NCBI GenBank assembly: GCA_977030845.1
Contig: OZ365114.1
Location: 17,360,001-17,424,000 of the forward strand
Direction of reading: 5' to 3'
Source: Fimbriosthenelais zetlandica
Taxonomy: Eukaryota
DNA: 64,000 nucleotides
In this document: positions 11,253 to 23,800 of the stretch, in pieces
Numbering within the stretch: the stretch's first letter is position 1
How the letters are laid out: the number at the start of each line of letters is the position of its first letter
Translations under genes and position numbers: made by a program
Notes under the pieces: model-generated
The model's input: only the letters and a program-made list of their open reading frames with translations
Told to the model about the DNA's origin: nothing
Database searches by the model: none

Positions 11253-14200
11253 TATTTAATATATTGTGTTACATGCATGAGTGAGTTGGCCACTAGTGCC
11301 TGCCCGGCTTGAGTCTTGCCTACCTAACCCTATCGGGTAGAGTGGTGGTGGGGTCGGGGCGTGACAGTGTTTGAACGCATACCCATGGTTTCGATAGGTC
11401 ACTACTGCAGTGAGGCTTGCAAATGAATGAATGAATGCATTGAATGGTTATTTGAGGCTTGCTTCTTACAGCTAAAATGACTGCATTGAGATGTATGTTA
11501 GCGAGTCTCAGGGTGGGTATTTTGGGGAAGGGGAAATATATGACAAAACAGGACCAAGATGAAATGGAATGGTAAGGGCCGACTGGATGGAAATTCTAAA
11601 GATATCATGAATAAAATATTTTAGTGTAGTCGTATAGGGCAACTATATTGGATATTTTCGGAATTGCATTTCAAGAGTCAAACCTGTGGGGAGTGAGAAA
11701 AACGTGCAAAATATAATAAGGATATATTTCTGTTTTAGGAGCTGTTTAGCGAAATGTCAGGATTTGGTTTCAGACATTGCGAATTTTATTTTATAGAATG
11801 AACAGGTAATTCTATATCAGCTATACTTTTTCAGTTCATTATAAGCATTGTTTTAGCTATTAGTTAGGCTTCACATTTATTCTAGTCAGACTCGGTCACT
11901 GAAAACACTTCCAGCTATATATTGACCTGCTGATTGCTCCAACCTAAGTGAACCATGAAGGGTACACGCTTGCAGCTGATTATATTGATCTAGATGAATG
12001 AATTGCACCCCTCCAGACATTTCTATAGTGCATCCCTCAGAAATGGTACTTACTAAAGTTATACTGATATAAATGTACTTTGAACGGTCGATGATGGATT
12101 AGACTGTAATAAGTGCATTATATGCTCTACATTATTATGATGATCGGGTGGTTGTTCATGGGTCTATATATAATTTCTATAGCTCTAACCACCTGCTTGG
12201 AACCGCAGCTTTTCCCCCAACCTTTTCGAGGCTGTTTATCAGTTGGGTGTAGCAGTTTATTTGATTCATTGGGCAGAGCTACATGAATAGAAAGCTGTGT
12301 ATCTATTGCGGCCAGCTCAGTGTCGTTGCACTCTTTTCACGTTACTTCCATCAAATGAACACTGCATGGGCTTGACACATCATCTGCAATAGCCTTAACC
12401 ATTCATTCAGTGCTTGGGGTTCGTGGCCAGGGTAATTTGGAGAGGCCACAGCAATTAACACACTGTAGATACATTCTAGCACTCTGTGATGGAGGAGAAT
12501 GGATGAATGCACTCTATTTCCTCTGATTGATTTGCTTAAATAAGCTTGAGCACGGATAGCTCTAGTGGTCACTGGTCATATATTCAGAATATTTACCACC
12601 CAAGGAGATTATTCAGCTAAGATTATTAGCTTGTGCTCATGTGGGCTCGGGATAATAATCAGCCATGTTTGATGAATATAACCCCTGGCCCTTTTGCAAC
12701 TTTAACAAAAGGGCATCACACAATTCTCTTGCTTCAAGGTGAAAAAGATAGACCTCGAGGCAGATACAATGCTAAAACCACACTACTGGTTTAACTCTTT
12801 CCCATCCAGATAGAGCATGTTTCTCAAGGGTATTTCCACCAGTGTGACTTATAACTTCTCTTTATAGGGCTTAGTTCTGTCCCTATACCCCCTGAAGGAT
12901 TCCTTCATATATTATTGAAGAACTTGTGTATAAATGCCGCACAGATTAGCTAGGTAGGCGTTTCTTTAAGATGGCCTGGTTCCCTTGAGATGATCAATAA
13001 TTCATGAAGTGTCATCCATATTCCCCCGACCATCTGCTCAAGCAGTGTGGGCATTTAAAAAAAATTCAAATTAAACGAGCGAGATATTCCTTTCTGCTTC
13101 TTTATTAATGGTGATGGATAGGACCTCCTCATTTTCCGCCACTGACTTTACATGGTTTGCTATGTCGAATTAATTCTTAATCGATTTGACGGTTAAATGG
13201 AACGATTAATGCTTTACTCCTTTGTTTTTTCTTTTTGCTATGTTTTAATGTTGAAATTATTATTTTAAAAGGCATATTTAAAGGACCTTTATCATTAAGG
13301 GACCAACGTACATATATGTAGACTTCACAATCCCAATTTTAATGCAAAGTATTCATTTGGATTGTGCTATAACACATTATCTGGTTTCGAAACCAATTGT
13401 TCCCTTTTCAACCCAGAGAATCTAGAGAACAGTTGAGGTCTAGGTACACATAAACTATTTGGACAAGCATTTTTTGCACCTTGCATCGGAGGCAAGCTAG
13501 GGCGCTGTCTGCCACGAAATCGATCCAGACTTGCCCATTTGCATCTTAATTAAAACTCCTGGGAGGGGTCGCCTCTTGCTTCAGATAATAGCACTCACGT
13601 GACAAGGGTAACAATGGCAGACATCACATAAAGGGGACGTCTTTTAGCTGTTAGTGTATCGGATAAAATGTCCCAGTGAATGGTGGGCAAAATCAGCCTG
13701 CGATGCCAACACAATGCCAACGCCTTCATGTCAGCCAAGTAACAATATTTGACTGGAACCTTGAAGCCACTCCTGCTGCGTTTGCGACAAGGACAACCAT
13801 TTTGTCTTTGATCAAGCATTTTAGATGTAAAATGGTACTTAAGATAACGTTCAGGCATTTTTTAACATTAATGCATTGCCAGTCATACAGTGATAATAGA
13901 CTAACACACTGGTGTACGTGTTAATATTCTATCAGCAGCCCTCCTAATCAAGCTTCAGTTAACGTGAGAAGGACAGCCATCCATCACAACTTCTGTATAA
14001 TGCGTTTTAATGACTTGGTTCATAATGACTCATTAGAAATTCTTGTAAGTCAAAAAAGTGTTTCTCGAATGAAGACTTTTTCAACCTCAAGAATGGCTTC
14101 TTCTGGGAACGATATCTGTCTCAATGGAGCAGCATTCAAATAAAAGATTCTGAACGAGATGATTACGATGACTTTTCAGGGAGCAGTGTTGGGAGAGAAA

Positions 14201-17200
14201 AATGCAGCCTCAGCCTTGCAAACGGTTCCCACAAGATTCGTTTCCGGGTTTATTCAATATTAACAACCAGGATGTTGCTAGTGGTAATTTACATCACTTG
14301 GTTTCAGTTTTTCCCCAGTATTTTGGTTCCATACTATCCCATTATGCAATACTATGACTTCACATCTTTTGTGCATCTGTGAAGATGTACACATCAAAAC
14401 CTTCACCCTTTTAAGTAGAGTTCCACTGAATGGTATTAAATTGCCTCAGCTGATATCATGTCATCTGTAAGCGACAGGGCTTCTCTTACATTCTGCTATT
14501 TTTCTCCCGCTATTGAGGAGCAGCTTTCATTGTAATGTGAAAGGCATGACAAGTGATACGTCACTATTTTCAACTGTCAGTCTGCCAATGCAATGTAAGG
14601 GGATCGTAGACATGAATGGATTCTTTCTCAATATTACAGACTAATCTAGCCCAATCGAAACATTTTGAATTTCTTTCCAGTAGACACCTACCTGGATACT
14701 CCGACAATTCTTTTTCTATCTCCAGGCTCCATCCCTCAATGTGCAAAGGGCGATTCACGTTGAGATGAATTTTCTGTAGGAGGAAAATACAGGGATCTAT
14801 AAGGATCAAATTGCAATCATGTTAAATTGAGCTGCGAATTGATTGTCTCAGTGAAAATAGCTTAGAAAATGACAGTAAATGGAAATCTAAAGTTCAGACA
14901 ATACCTCGCTCATACAAGCCAGAATAATATCGAGGTTTCATATAATGATTTATCTGCACAGTACTCTCATTGATCATAGAATTATTGCTATGAACATTTC
15001 TTCTTATCTTTCTTACACTTGTCTTATTAGCTGGTTTAAATCACAGCCTTAATCTTATTGTGCAAATTGCAAAAACCTATTGATACCAGTCTTGGCTGGT
15101 AAAACCGAACAGACATCCTTAGATTGCAATGCAGTGGTCCAGTTCCACTTCCATTCCACAGCACCTTTTTATCAGTGTACCGAACAATTCATTCAATTTA
15201 TGAATGTGGGTAGAAGCAAAAAGGTTTTCTTTATTGGCACACCAGGATTGTGGGACTGGGTGCAATGCTTAAGACGTTTCACGCAAGAAACTTGACTTAT
15301 CCACAGTAAGCCAATTGATGCAGTGCTTATTATCTCTCACATGTCGTAAGAAGCAATGAGTTGTTCTCATTGTTGCAAAAAGGCTTGTCACAATGCTTTT
15401 ATGTGCTGCTGAAAACTGAGATGTCCTGCATTGCCTTCTTGATTTCATGTCTTGATGCTGAAAGCTAATCCAGAAGTGAAAATGATCTGATCTTTTCCGA
15501 CACGATCCTTGTAATTCAGGGCATGGAAACTGAATATCTTCTTCCCCTTGTGTAGACAAAGCATTAGGAATGCTGGTCTTTAACAATAGCCATTGCTCTT
15601 GAAATCTTATCCCTGGATGAAAGAGACTACATCATGATGTTATAATGCCCTGTCAATAGTAAAGGTCATACTCATGACTTAGGTAAGGAAGGATAGAATT
15701 AAACAGATACACGATCAGGCGTGTTCCTAACTTAGACTCAGTGTCGAATACAATCGGTAATCTATATGGCAATCACGTGACTTGAGGCCAAAGAGTCACA
15801 TGATGGGGGCACATGATGAGAACTGATAGGCTGTTTCATGGCTGACCAAGGTCTTACCTATCTCTGTGTAATGATGCACAGATGATTCCCCCTCCCACTA
15901 CCGCACCATGATGCCCAGAGGTTATATCCAACTGCCTCTATACATCGCATAGCTGTCTGCTTTGAACAGAGACAATGAAAGCCATGTAATTCCGCATGTC
16001 ATAAGGCGTATTTTCACTTACTATTATGATTAGGTTTACAGTGCATCTGTATAATTATTAGGATAATAGCAATGTACACTTAGAGACAGCAGGTCTTCAC
16101 AAACATGCATCATTGCTATAGGGTTATACTAGGTTACTTGCTCATGTTCAGAATGTAATGGCATCATGGGGATCAGGCTGTTTATGGCTAGCAGTGGCTG
16201 TAAAGTGCATGTCTGCTGAGCAATGCCAATTAACCAGACAGATGTCTGTACAGAATTCTGAGGTTCTATTTTTCGGAAATGACCTCATGTTCGTTCTCCA
16301 AGCCTTGGTCATCACAACTTCCTCAATTTCACAGCTTCCGGACCATACTGGTCGCCAATAGCCCTAGCAAAGCCTATCTACCTTGCCTGCTTGGCATCAC
16401 TTCCAGCTTGCTAGGGCTGGCAGGAAGCTATCAACCAAAAGGTAAAGGAAAGAAGACATGCACAGCCAGGGTATATGAAAACCAAGTCCTACCTTTTAGT
16501 GGTCTATAGGCCATATGACTGATTTTCAAATAATTTATTTGGGATTTAAATCTAAGTGACACAGTAAACAAGCTAGGCAAGATCATTTGTATTAAGCTGG
16601 CAATATGCAAAGTGGAAGGATCAGGATCAGGGTATAACATCGAACTATATATAGATAGACTAGCAAAGGCTTTAGAGTCGAAGGTTAAAACTGCTGTGAA
16701 ATGTTACATGGTCTCAACTGGTGATGTATGGAGTAACAGCAGGCAGTACTAAGAGGCAGATATTTTATCTGAGGGAGACACATGAATATCCTTTAAGGCT
16801 ATAGACGGCAGCCATGTTGGATTAGCACAAACCATACAATGGATGAGAACGTGACTACGCTTGCATCGAGGGCTGCCAGGGAGGTGTGTTAGAAGATAAG
16901 GATATATTGGTTGTGTGCCTTACATTACTCAATAAAAAGTCACTGTATTCATATAGCCTAGCCATAAGAAAACATACCTTGTTCCCAGTGTCTATCTCAT
17001 GTTCTAGGCAGCATAACATGCGAAACATTCACCTCAAATGAAAAATTATAAGTTGGGATTCAATAGATGGATACCTCTGCTAGAGGATCATCCATCAGGA
17101 ATTTAGCTGCATAATATACTATATTTAGTCAGAGATAATGCAAGACGGATAGGTTTTTAGGATGGATTCGCCAGCCTGTTATGGATAGAACAAGGAAAGG

Positions 17201-17756
17201 AGGGGCCAGTTTTCCTTCAAGAAACATGCCTGTATGATCCTATATACATCCTCATTTGTCCACACCCATATATTTCAGACCTCCTTTCGCCAGTAAAGCA
17301 TAATATAAACATTATTTTCTTTGAAATAAACTCTACTGTAATCCCGAAGGAAGAGGATTTAGAATGCCTTTGCCAATATAATCCAGTGACAAATGTGTCT
17401 TCCAGGACCATTCAGAGCAAGCTTTATTTCTACAATATAGCAGTAGGGACTTTAAGACTCCCTCGGCTATATATACGGAAATGGGAACGTGACTTGAATG
17501 TGGGACTGAATATGTGGCTAAAATTAATAAGTAATATTGTCAGCTGAAGGCTGAGAATAAAGACTGTATAAGCTCATTTAGCTTAAACTAAAGTTGTCAG
17601 TCAGGCTTTCCTAACCTTTCACAACAGTATCTCAAATAATGATGATATGGATTTTTTTCTCTTTTCAGTCAGCCCAGCTGCTGAGTGTCCTGATCATCAC
17701 CATTGGTGAAGCTCTGCTAAGAAACATACAAGATCCACCAGACCGTCCAATCCAAG

Positions 17757-17879
17757 ATGGCGCCATTCAAGCCCCGTTGGACCAAAACCGAGTCCAAGGT
17801 GGTGCAAGAGTGGATTGAACAGGACTCCTACAGCAGGCCATTAGGTCGATTCGTAAGGTGCCCAAAGTGCTGCTACTCG
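17757..17879 (+). CDS. Gene 1 coding exon 1 (cytoplasmic N-terminus, aa 1-41); exon starts at acceptor 17669 with 88 nt of 5' UTR
   Basis: Acceptor atttttttctcttttcag (AG 17667-68); in-frame TAA upstream of the ATG in aagATGg context; donor TCG|GTAAGT at 17880; homologous to 63218-63346. Confidence 0.88.
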
Positions 17880-20800
17880 GTAAGTTCATACATGTACCTA
17901 AGCCGGTGTTTGTTTCTGAACAAAGATACACTACCTTAGCCCACATAGACCTACCATCGGCTAATGTATAGCGTATCTCTGTAAAGAAACATGTCACGGC
18001 AATATAACATGAAGTCCAGTTTCTACAGAAATAGCAAGTCTAGCAATGGCACGGGTACCACACTGAACTGTCAGTTCCTATATAGCGTTTACTGATATTT
18101 TCCTGTCGATATACACTGGGACGACACTTGCCTATACCCTCCTACTTATTTTGCCTGAACACAGCAAGACGGCAAGCAGTTTAAAGCTAAGTTGTCAGAA
18201 GAACCTCCACAATTGATGGCATTAGCTGCTAGCTCTGAGGAAGATCAGCAGGAGCCTGCAGGGTCTGGTAGAAAATACCATTGACCCGAGGCTCACTCAA
18301 AGGTACATATTGTGAATGCTTCAGCGTGTTTGAAGACTTTATTTTCAGTCTATTCGTCGGAGAGAGAAGCTAGATGGGGGTAGGATGGGGATAGTCAAAG
18401 AATAAACAGATGCTGCACACAAAAAAGAAAGAGCTCAATAAATTCCACATCAGTGCTGGTATGATACGATGAGAATACACTGGGTCACATAAATTTCAAG
18501 GAAAAATAGATCGCATAACCTTTACCACCCTATTCCCATACATCATCCCATCCTATCCCAGCCCATGCAACACACACTGTTCCTAATGTCATCATTAAGT
18601 AACACTAAACCACGCTGTAGTGTCAGTTATATAACCACCCTTCGTTTATATTAGGAAACCTATAAAATGGCCTGTAGAATTTAATACGTCCCTTGCTAAT
18701 AGGCAAAGGCAAAGTCTGCACCCGTGAGTCAAGTGAGGGCTTACTGGTTCAGACCAGTAGCCATGTTTGTATGGCCCGTAAAGTAACTACTTTATGACAA
18801 GGTGTCACAGCCTCCTCTCTCCAGAACATAACTCATCCCCTCTAGGTCTCGACAGAGGCCTCCAATACATGACTGGGTACCACTCCTATCACGTTAGAGA
18901 TAAGGCTCGAGAACACATATAAACTGAAGGGTTAATTTTGGCAGTTCTACGATTTGGAAGCTATCGATTGGTTCTATCAAAGACTCTTGCTTCTACAGAT
19001 ATATATAACGTCAATCTTGTTGGCATCTATTCAGACTGATCGTTAACTATTGTAATTACAATGATTATCTATATCTCATCAGGCTCACATTTTGTTTAGG
19101 TGGATATATGTGTACAACCCAAAGGAATACAGGGCTGAAATTAATATTCATGGGGTTCGGTGAGCACATGGCAAGCCCAAAAGGTTTTATATATGGAGGC
19201 CATTTCGCAAAAGCAGCATATGGGGCCAGTTTTAAACAGTCCATAACACCTGAAGTAGCTCAGTATGAGTATTCCAATCATGACCACCAACACTGAAATT
19301 AATTGCTTCATCCATCAACATCATTCAAAACATTGAAGGCTTTTTTAATGTGTTTGTGTCTCCGAAAAAATATTATGGAATATGGCAGGTTCTACTTTCA
19401 CCCTGGGCAATGAGTAAACTCGCCATGTATTGATATCAACCTTAAAGTTAGGATTAATATGTGGGTAATGCTTGTAGAAAAAGGATTTGATGCAAATGCT
19501 TTAATATCTATTTTATATTGCATGCATATATTGAAATGCACTGCTTTACTGGCAAGTACGTACTTCCTGGCAACCCAAACCACTCTTAGAGATAAACACG
19601 TTCTCAGAGACAAAGCCGGATAGAAGTTGAGGAAGAATGACCTCATGACGATTTAGCCTGTGACGGCGATGAGAAGAAAGCTCGTCAATACTTGATCAGT
19701 GCTAGCTGAATAATAAATGTTCCCTGCAGGTTGAGAGGCAGCAGACATGCTAACACAGGATGTTCCTTTCATAAGTAATCATCCCAGGATCTGCTGGCTG
19801 ACGGGAGGGGGAAGCAAGTATTCATTTATTTCAAGCTTCTTTTCCCCACTCTCCCCTCCTCTTGTTCCCTCTTTTTATTCTCTACTTGTAAGAAGCTTGG
19901 AGGGAAATTGACAGCTGCTTTGTGTTCGAGATTTCAAAGCTGAAATATGACCATCAGTCTCTCAGATCGACATTGTTCATATTGATGAATTCTGAGTCAG
20001 AATAAATCAACAAGTCTAAGGTTGTGCCTCATCTCAGTTAAAGTGTTCGACATGTTATGATGCTACAATACTGTAAATGAATAATGACCTAAACAGACTT
20101 TATTTCTGCAAGATCGATCAAGGAACTAAATAACCCAATACAAGCAAATGTCAAGAGAATTGCCTTTGAGATTAAAAGACTTAGAATACAATCACCAAAT
20201 TGGAAGAAAAACATTCAGATCCAGAAAAATCCCTCATGAAATATACAATAATGAACTTGTTCCATCGCTGAAAAATATCTTATGAGAAGAGATTACTATG
20301 AACAATGAATATGTGGAGCAATTCCTCAGTTTGAAGAAAGAAGCAAAGCCTATCGTTATGGGGAGCAGGTGCCTGGATCATCTCGTACAAATATCACCAA
20401 TGACAGAGTAGGCTGACGGGAATATTATATTTTAATTATTCACCCTCATGCTGTACCTATCCCTGAATAAACCTTACCTCTCAAAGCAATCTGCCTTTCA
20501 AATAGACGTGTTCTACACACTCAATATATGGCAAATAAATGACGATTGTGGAAGTTAAAAGCAGCATTGTATTGCTCACAGGTAAAAATGTCATTCACTG
20601 ACGCAGGTGAATGATGAACCTGATTCCATTCAGATCAGAAAAGAGAACTTTTTAGTCTCTGCATTACATCTGCTCCTGACAACAAAATCAATTTCTTTAA
20701 ATCAAAATGTAATATAAAAAAAATGTAATGTAAAGCATATATATAGTTCAAAGGAGGTCAGCTTTGGTCTCTTATATCCGGATTTTTATATAGATTTAAG

Positions 20801-23800
20801 CCTTGTTTCATGCCTTTCTTTAGGTTACTGCCATGCGCTGCCTGGATCACGAAAGGCGATGAACTCACAAACTGATCTATCACACTTTCCATTAAGCCCT
20901 GCCCCTGAACAAGAGCCCACTGACACTGACCACCAATCAATCTGATGGATGAACCAATTAAGAGAACATTTTATCTCAAAAGACGTGGTCCGGGCCCTCA
21001 AGTAAACACATAATACAAGCATTCTGTACATCAATGTTAAAATTCATGCTGCGAGATGATGTAAAAACACAAGTTTGCCTGGCCCATCACATGCAACCTG
21101 TAATTCGCCTTTTGTTTTCCCGATCAATGTCTGTCTTTGGGCTGTTACTGGAGCATGCGATAGGATGGATTCCATTGTCTCATTGGCAAATTTATATAAA
21201 GCAAATTTATACACCAAGCCTAGGAACGTTTTTACACAAGAGGTGAAAAATGCCATGGACAAGCCTGGGAACTGAGGCAGATGGAGCAAATGGCATAGCG
21301 AAAGAAAGATTCATCACAAACATGTGACCACCCTTCTTTACTCAGCTGTCACGTGATCAAGCAAACCCAAGCCTGGACCGGAAGTAGCTCTTCTTTTATC
21401 TCTGCCACAGGAGAGTGGGTCACAGGTCCAGCCTTTATTTACTACAGTTTGCCAGTTATTGATTGCAATGAATTGGCTGAGCCGGCACAGGAGCAAAGGG
21501 ACTATCCCCGCGCTTGGCATGGGCTCTTGGTCTGGGTAGAGCTAGCGGTCGGTCAGCTCTATCCACTCCCCTGCTGATTCCGAAAGATCCCACCCCTTGA
21601 CCATGGTAGAATGAAACAATTTATATTGATCTAGGATCATGATTAATGTTTGACATTTATGAATACGTTGCCCCTGGTCTATATCAACTAATGAAACTAC
21701 ATTCTGTCTTCAATCGACAATCAGGATAGTTCATTGAACCACTGTTCAAGAACCAGAGTCCACACAGGAATGTTCTTCGCAAATGTATGATACTCTAAAT
21801 GATACATTGGCAGTGACTTAATGAAATTAGACACCGGAAGGCTTCTACAATGATTGACCTGAGGCCAAAGGGCATTCAGCCTAAGTCATAGAAGCCTCTG
21901 TTATCTCAATGGCATAACTGATTAAATCTATTCTTAGAGAAAGACACTGATTACTTCCTTGCCATGGCTCGTTTCCGGCTGTGTATACCTGGTCTGTGCT
22001 CAGTATATTTCCAAGAAATGACTTTGTAGAAAGTCTACTGTTTAAAGGACGGATGGAACATGGAGACATGGCCGCTCTTTGCTAAAATACTGAGTGGAAC
22101 TTTACACGTAGTATTTTACTTGTTAGGAATGATCGTCCAAGCAAATAAGAATGTCTTCAACATCCGATTTCAAACCTTTTATAACCTCATCAATATCCCA
22201 AGATTAGAGCAAAATTGGGAGCATACCAGACGATTTTCCAGGGACAAATTGCTGTCTTTGGGTCATGAATTTCTCCTGTTGATACAGCCAAACCTGAATG
22301 GCTGCAGGTATTGCCAATTTATCACAAGCCACCCTCAATAGTCCCCATTATCAATCATGCTTATATGGGCTTTAGACCAGATGAGGTGTAAGCTTTCTAG
22401 ACTGTGAAATCATCCAACTGCAGCACCAAACCTATATTTCATCTTAGACAACCCTTGGTCTGCCCAATGGGTTGTCTTAATCAAAATACATTTTCCACAG
22501 TCCTCTTTTTTGGATAAAGAGGAAATAACTGATGGAAGACTGGTCACCCTGGACAACGATCCTGAAAATGTCAGCTCCGAAAAGGCGTACAAATATAATG
22601 TGAAAGAATCGTTGGATTGCAGGCGTTTGCCATTTACGTGAGGTAATTTTGTCTGGTATCGCCTTCTTCGGTACATACCACGGCTCTAGTTCTTGAACCC
22701 ACTGCAGTTAAATGACGTCTGCTGGTCCCAGTAGTTTCCAACCTACTTAACATCCCTTCGCAAGCTTAACGGTAGATTTCAAGTATTTAAAGTAAATACA
22801 TTTACTGCCTTTACAATGCTCAATTGCCAGGATAGTTGAATAGTTTCAGCTCCAGCGGTGATAAATATTTGACTACAGCACTTGACACAGTTGCTGAAGG
22901 TTGTATTGTATGGTTTCCATAACACTACTTATACGCCTTAGACCGTCCGTTTCAATTAACCAAGGCGATAATTTAATCACCAATATACCGACTAGGTTTA
23001 AATTGACCAGAAGGTGATACTTCTTGGCTTAAATATGGCCGCTATCACATGAGAGGTAATGAATTATTGCCTTGTGGTATGAATGGTAGAAGATATATGT
23101 ATAAATGATGACCATAGAACATCCCTACCTCATTAGGTAGAATAGGATCACCCACTTCATACAACACGCCATGATCTATTGAGTAGTAACTATGTGAATA
23201 GTCATAGCTGCAGTTGATTGAAGAATATTCTTGGCTTCTAACCAAGGCAAACATGTTCTGCTCTGACAAATGGAGTTTTATTCAAGTCTTGCGTGCTTGG
23301 ATTGCCCATTCACATGGGCTATAACCATAGAGAAACAAGATCAGGCAATACTTTCAACTACTAATGACTTGTAAGAGGAAGACTTTTGTTGGCATCCCAA
23401 TAGGTCATGGGTCAAACATCCTCAATAGATCATGCTGACTGGACAGCAATTCTTTGTCAGAAGGAGAGAAGTCCCCCAAAGCTACACATCTTATATAATT
23501 AGGATAAATGGTTTACACTAGTGTGTGGACCTCTTGAAATAGCCTAGTGATAGCATACCCAGGAGGTTTGGAGCAAAAACAGCTGAGGCTCAGGATTGAA
23601 AGATCTACATTGATATAAGTATCGGTACAAACAGAGGATGAGGAAACATTTATGCAATAAAAACAATTTCACCGATGAATTCGGAGAATTTAATTTCTTT
23701 TTCTGAGAATGTTGTGCAAGATTAAGATATCTAGGGCTTCTGCAGTGTACTGTACAGCCAGTCACAAGTTATGCTGCATAAGCATTGAAAGAGTGCTCTG

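Noticed and set aside
17775-17810. RWTKTE / TWTERE resembling the start of a Myb/SANT repeat
   Set aside because: Later Myb tryptophan spacing and the third helix are absent, and the segment leads straight into a TM protein.
20591-20679. Hairpin TCATTCAC...GTGAATGA plus ATGATGA and CTGA boxes, suggesting an intronic C/D snoRNA
   Set aside because: No convincing terminal stem, D' box too close to the C box, and I recognise no rRNA or snRNA complementarity; these short boxes are common in AT-rich DNA.
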